DNA from: Candidatus Heimdallarchaeota archaeon
GTDB taxonomy: Archaea > Asgardarchaeota > Heimdallarchaeia > JABLTI01
Direction of reading: 5' to 3'
DNA length: 19,424 nt
NCBI GenBank assembly: GCA_030614005.1
Contig: JAUWKS010000059.1
Location: 1-19,424 of the forward strand
The position numbers and the translations under genes were made by a program. How positions within the stretch are numbered: position 1 is the stretch's first letter; each line of letters starts with the position of its first letter. Positions 17,201-19,424 of the stretch are shown here, piece after piece. The notes beneath the pieces were generated by a model. It ran no database searches, was not told the DNA's origin, and saw nothing but the letters and a program-made list of their open reading frames with translations.

Positions 17201-17857
17201 TCTAGAAGAACAGAGGGTGTTGCGGTTATAGGTGAGCAAGCAGTTTTAGGTATTGAAGAACGATATACTGAAAACCTTGAACGAATTCGTCAGAAATTAA
17301 CTGATCAAGTAATTTCTCGTATTGAGAGAGAGGCTGCAAATATTGAGAAATACAAAGGTGGATTGCATCAAATAGGACGAGAACATCTTGCTTTATATGG
17401 CAAAACAATGAGTGATCTCAATGACAACTTGAAGAAAGATATGGAAAAAGTAGAGAAAGCATCGATGAAAACAATTACAGCCTGCGAAACTAAATCTAAC
17501 AGATTTTTAGAAGGTTTAGATATAGAGATCACTGCCATGGGTGAAAGGGTTAGTTTGAGTACAGATCGATTAATTTCTGATTTATTAGATGGTTTTGATC
17601 GAGTACTTCAGAAAGTTAAACGAGAAGCAACACTCTTTGCTCGAAAGCAGTTTGAGCTTTCAAATAGAAGTAACATGGAAATTGCTGAAGCTTTTCTCAA
17701 ATCGGTAGATGATTTAGAAGAAGTAATGCTAAAACAAATTTCCAGTTTTGCTAAGAGGACTATTATATCAATTGATAAAACAAATGATTTATCCGCAGTC
17801 ATTAATGACCATGTTAAAAATATGACTGGAGCATTCAAAGAATTGTCTGAGAATTAG
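14267..17857 (+). CDS. Giant (about 1196 aa) protein: N-terminal TrmB/MarR-like winged helix-turn-helix followed by more than 1000 aa of alpha-helical/coiled-coil sequence; unknown family
   Basis: ATG 14267 is preceded by GGAGTGGAG (14251-14259). The N-terminus LNLLPRLSANEKRVFQALVKNGALTPIEISQRGGGSKGRVATALETMVERGFAVPVGNDDDRRYIAVFPV fits the TrmB-type wHTH pattern. The remainder is E/K/D/S/L/I-rich with only 6 Pro and 2 Cys by my count, none of the Pro in the last ~500 aa. There is no TM segment and no Walker A. The ORF-track start at 14144 is an alternative. Confidence 0.75.
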   Translation: MSKKEAKALNLLPRLSANEKRVFQALVKNGALTPIEISQRGGGSKGRVATALETMVERGFAVPVGNDDDRRYIAVFPVMKFTAVLSILTRSLDARKSELEATTEVVHNFTEGAIKNVREASSEEREKRTERSEEDIKDLEMAMDASFSGILASIEMDLKDLNRISKTSNEFLVESSIRTKETTDNIERGLKPLAKNFSKILTAAYDNVEGQLEATVDARVSDIIDFETKANSAFDAVLEAFNTSKDEFEDIIFTVLDSGIDDLERVTRPINEQIDEAISSLTEAIEESSLNFQTEMVRVLTEQKRPMVTAVDSIQPRFAKVTNAALDEHKVVIEQQKQSLSGLMENHFSIFSKAAVELASDFDKKIDILIEQSLENTSSASDEMNAIEDAFVNSIEKITNEKNKFIHNTSERSRDVLNEMIEQFLIILNGAVAEYQMDLSDIIAKLEADFLNTVDNNGVSVQNLVNFINMTLTEPVKELMINLEKLNERIIKDETAFLTKFDQRLQNELQDINKQFKKDTIKKEENFEKDLNRLKERIDKDFSSNLDALQNKLVEQDRAFQSLYKEFSAKHQKGLRDTSKEVSSLTKKLERWRGESTKTIQDRIESKVDKNLEILESKMDNLVDQIKNNGQVSKEELIILIRDSYTQISKNFRSFGAETNTSTRRSLQEIANILKKDSLSINNRLVSFKKEQDKLIEETKFPVSKLLVELGTEYKQFYKKTDNNLNRFFSNDIETFKRTRKELSKSIDSILNRQGSRTTKDSITLKDSFIRAREKYVSKTQESFEKVEKTIARDASSLLDQERSSRSTITDLTEKTISELSNGVNSTAQTIRSNITSGAERIFRQAAAELSKQEIELGELNEKQQDESIDMYNEINKMHRQQLKILDKKIDALQEKQIGNAFEFRDHYTQSLKEDLIKQQEILSNSKEIIFEQCEKLAGDLQEQTSSITNRTILELEAKTSGIEGAIFSTVGNITAESSRRTEGVAVIGEQAVLGIEERYTENLERIRQKLTDQVISRIEREAANIEKYKGGLHQIGREHLALYGKTMSDLNDNLKKDMEKVEKASMKTITACETKSNRFLEGLDIEITAMGERVSLSTDRLISDLLDGFDRVLQKVKREATLFARKQFELSNRSNMEIAEAFLKSVDDLEEVMLKQISSFAKRTIISIDKTNDLSAVINDHVKNMTGAFKELSEN

Positions 17858-17869
17858 GTGAGAACCTAA

Positions 17870-17889
17870 TTTCTTTTTCTTCATTTTTT
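17870..17889 (+). terminator. Oligo-T tracts after the giant helical protein gene
   Basis: The tract tttctttttcttcatttttt lies 13 nt after the stop codon. Confidence 0.35.
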
Positions 17890-17895
17890 AATACT

Positions 17896-17905
17896 AAAAT
17901 ATAAA
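17896..17905 (+). promoter_or_regulatory. TATA-like box (aaaatataaa) upstream of the EamA gene
   Basis: Centred about 25 nt upstream of the GTG at 17925, which would imply a leaderless or near-leaderless transcript. Confidence 0.3.
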
Positions 17906-17924
17906 CAAGTTATTTAACATACAA

Positions 17925-19001
17925 GTGAATTTATTTCAGATTACTTTGTTGGATCAAGAGGAACATCCAGAACCTAATAGAGATTTGTCATCTAAACCGT
18001 TACAGATCGAAGCAGATAAGAAACAAATTCCCAAACATGTTTTCTTTCTTATAGCTTTGGCAGTTGTTATGACCTCTTTTGCTTCTATACTAATTCGCTA
18101 TGCGGGTATAGACATTGTTAGGATAGATGTAAATCTTGTACCGGCAGATGCATCAGTAATTGCTTTTTGGCGACTGCTTTTTGCTACCATAGGAATGTTT
18201 CTGGGGGCAGTTTTTACCCGAAATTTGAAGGAATTCAAAAAAGTAGAGTTAAAGAAAGATATGCCACTGTTAACTTTATCGGGACTTGCTTTAGCAATTC
18301 ATTTTGCAACCTGGAATCTTTCTTTGCAAATGACAAATGTGGCAAGTTCAATTACAATTGTGTATTTAATGCCTTTATTTGCACTCCTTCTGTCTGTAAT
18401 TTTCCTCAAAGATAAAGTATCTTGGAAACAAGCCCTTGTTGTCGTTCTGACCGTTGTAGGAGCTATTACTGTAGGATTATCTGATTTAATAACAGAAGGA
18501 CTAGGCAATCTTTACGGAGATTTATTTGCACTAGCAGGAGGAATTTCGGGCGCAGTTTATTTTGTTATCGGGAGAAAGAAAAGAGAGAGATTGGACATAT
18601 TCTCGTATGCAACAATTGTTTATGGTATTTGTACAATTTTCCTTCTAATATATGTACTATCGAATCCTGTAACAAGACCGCTTATCGTCTCAGGTCTCAG
18701 CTGGCACCATTTCCTTTTCTTTATACTGCTTGCTTTAGGACCTTCGTGTTTAGGTCACACTTTATACAATTACGGTCTAGGTTTTGTTAGAGCACCAGTA
18801 ATTGCTGTTACTTCTTTAGGTGAAATATTTGGTGCAACATTATTAGCTATACTGTTCTTCCTCGAAATCCCACATTGGTCTGCATTAATTGGTATGGCTT
18901 TTGTTGCAGCTGGTATTGTAGTTACAGTTATTTTAGAGAATAAATCTTCAAAAGAACATGCAAACAAACAAAAGAATCCATCTGAATTTGCTCAAAAATA
19001 A
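17925..19001 (+). CDS. EamA/DMT-superfamily transporter (about 10 TM)
   Basis: 358-aa ORF with two tandem 5-TM halves. Typical EamA features are present (FASILIRYA..., AFWRLLFA, ...HFATWNLSLQMTNVASSITIVYLMPLFALLLSVIFLKDK; second half GDLFALAGGISGAVYFVIGRK...LGEIFGATLLAILFFLE). GTG start; the first in-frame ATG lies inside TM1, so the true start is upstream of it. Confidence 0.8.
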   Translation: MNLFQITLLDQEEHPEPNRDLSSKPLQIEADKKQIPKHVFFLIALAVVMTSFASILIRYAGIDIVRIDVNLVPADASVIAFWRLLFATIGMFLGAVFTRNLKEFKKVELKKDMPLLTLSGLALAIHFATWNLSLQMTNVASSITIVYLMPLFALLLSVIFLKDKVSWKQALVVVLTVVGAITVGLSDLITEGLGNLYGDLFALAGGISGAVYFVIGRKKRERLDIFSYATIVYGICTIFLLIYVLSNPVTRPLIVSGLSWHHFLFFILLALGPSCLGHTLYNYGLGFVRAPVIAVTSLGEIFGATLLAILFFLEIPHWSALIGMAFVAAGIVVTVILENKSSKEHANKQKNPSEFAQK

Positions 19002-19066
19002 ATTTAGAAAAGTTGTTAACATTTATCTAGCTAAAAAGACAGTGTTGTACTTGAAGGAATTACTAA

Positions 19067-19423
19067 ATGTCAAAAACAAACCTAAATAGACTAATCTCCA
19101 AAATCGCTGCTGATAAAGAAAGTAAGAAACTCGGAAAAATTATTCGAATAGAAAGGTTACTAGGTAAGACTATTAAAAAATACAAACCATATGCTATGAT
19201 TCTAGTCATCAAGCGATTTAAGAAAAAACTCATTGTACCTATTGAAGTTGAGAAAATAATCAAAGTCGAAGGGACATATGTTTGGTTTGACATATCAAAT
19301 GAGGAATTCGAGAAAGAAGAAAAGAGATTACGAAAAATAAAAACAGAACAAGAAATCTATCAGGAAGATACAGGGATGTATCAGATAAAGGGTACTAGAC
19401 GTGCAATGGATCCATACAATTTA
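19067..19423 (+). CDS. PRC-barrel-like domain protein followed by a charged helical segment (3' end outside window)
   Basis: An open frame from ATG 19067 to the window end (119 codons, no stop) that is not listed in the ORF track. KKLGKIIRIERLLGKTIKKYKPYAMILVIKRFKKKLIVPIEVEKIIKVEGTYVWFDIS resembles the PRC-barrel pattern (GKxxxI...vPixxxxIxxVxxxxvxl.is). It is followed by EEFEKEEKRLRKIKTEQE. Confidence 0.5.
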   Translation, partial: MSKTNLNRLISKIAADKESKKLGKIIRIERLLGKTIKKYKPYAMILVIKRFKKKLIVPIEVEKIIKVEGTYVWFDISNEEFEKEEKRLRKIKTEQEIYQEDTGMYQIKGTRRAMDPYNL

Positions 19424-19424
19424 G

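Noticed and set aside
14267-17857. The giant helical protein as SMC/Rad50/Wadjet-Lamassu-type ATPase
   Set aside because: There is no Walker A (GxxxxGKS/T), Walker B or signature motif at either end. The N-terminus is a wHTH rather than an ATPase head.
19063-19293. The minus-strand 76-aa ORF
   Set aside because: It is antisense to a longer plus-strand open frame with a plausible PRC-barrel pattern. Its hydrophobic low-complexity translation looks like a shadow ORF.
1-19424. A CRISPR array, rRNA genes, integrase/recombinase or toxin-antitoxin pairs
   Set aside because: Apart from the single 187-bp duplication, no regularly spaced direct repeats were seen. No rRNA-like conserved stretches and no ORF with matching catalytic motifs were found on either strand.

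Overview
AT-rich, archaeal-looking chromosomal segment: TATA-like boxes about 25-30 nt upstream of starts, oligo-T terminators, GGAGG-type SD sequences before operon-internal genes, and archaeal-type gene content. The exact taxon cannot be determined from the sequence alone. All homology statements come from motif recognition by eye, not database searches.

Gene order, left to right:
- 3' end of an IS200/IS605-type tnpB element, with a GC-rich tail that could be its omega-RNA. It abuts a 5'-truncated iorA.
- A frameshifted iorB.
- A PNPOx-family flavoprotein gene.
- An Ldh_2-family 2-hydroxyacid dehydrogenase (minus strand).
- A type IA DNA topoisomerase plus a translationally coupled 75-aa zinc-ribbon protein.
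- A PfkB kinase.
- A 187-bp diverged partial copy of the next gene.
- A very AT-rich four-gene module: exported 229-aa protein, 485-aa single-pass beta-rich glycoprotein-like protein, 978-aa tandem-FtsX permease with about 10 TM segments, and 564-aa fused double-NBD ATPase.
- tRNA-Ala(CGC) on the minus strand.
- A protein of about 1200 aa: an N-terminal TrmB/MarR-like winged helix followed by more than 1000 residues of nearly proline-free helix.
- An EamA/DMT transporter.
- The start of a PRC-barrel-like protein.

The best candidates for something undescribed are (a) the FtsX/ABC mechanotransmission-type module with its two orphan exported proteins, and (b) the wHTH-plus-giant-helical-rod protein. 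No CRISPR array, rRNA, integrase or reverse transcriptase was seen.
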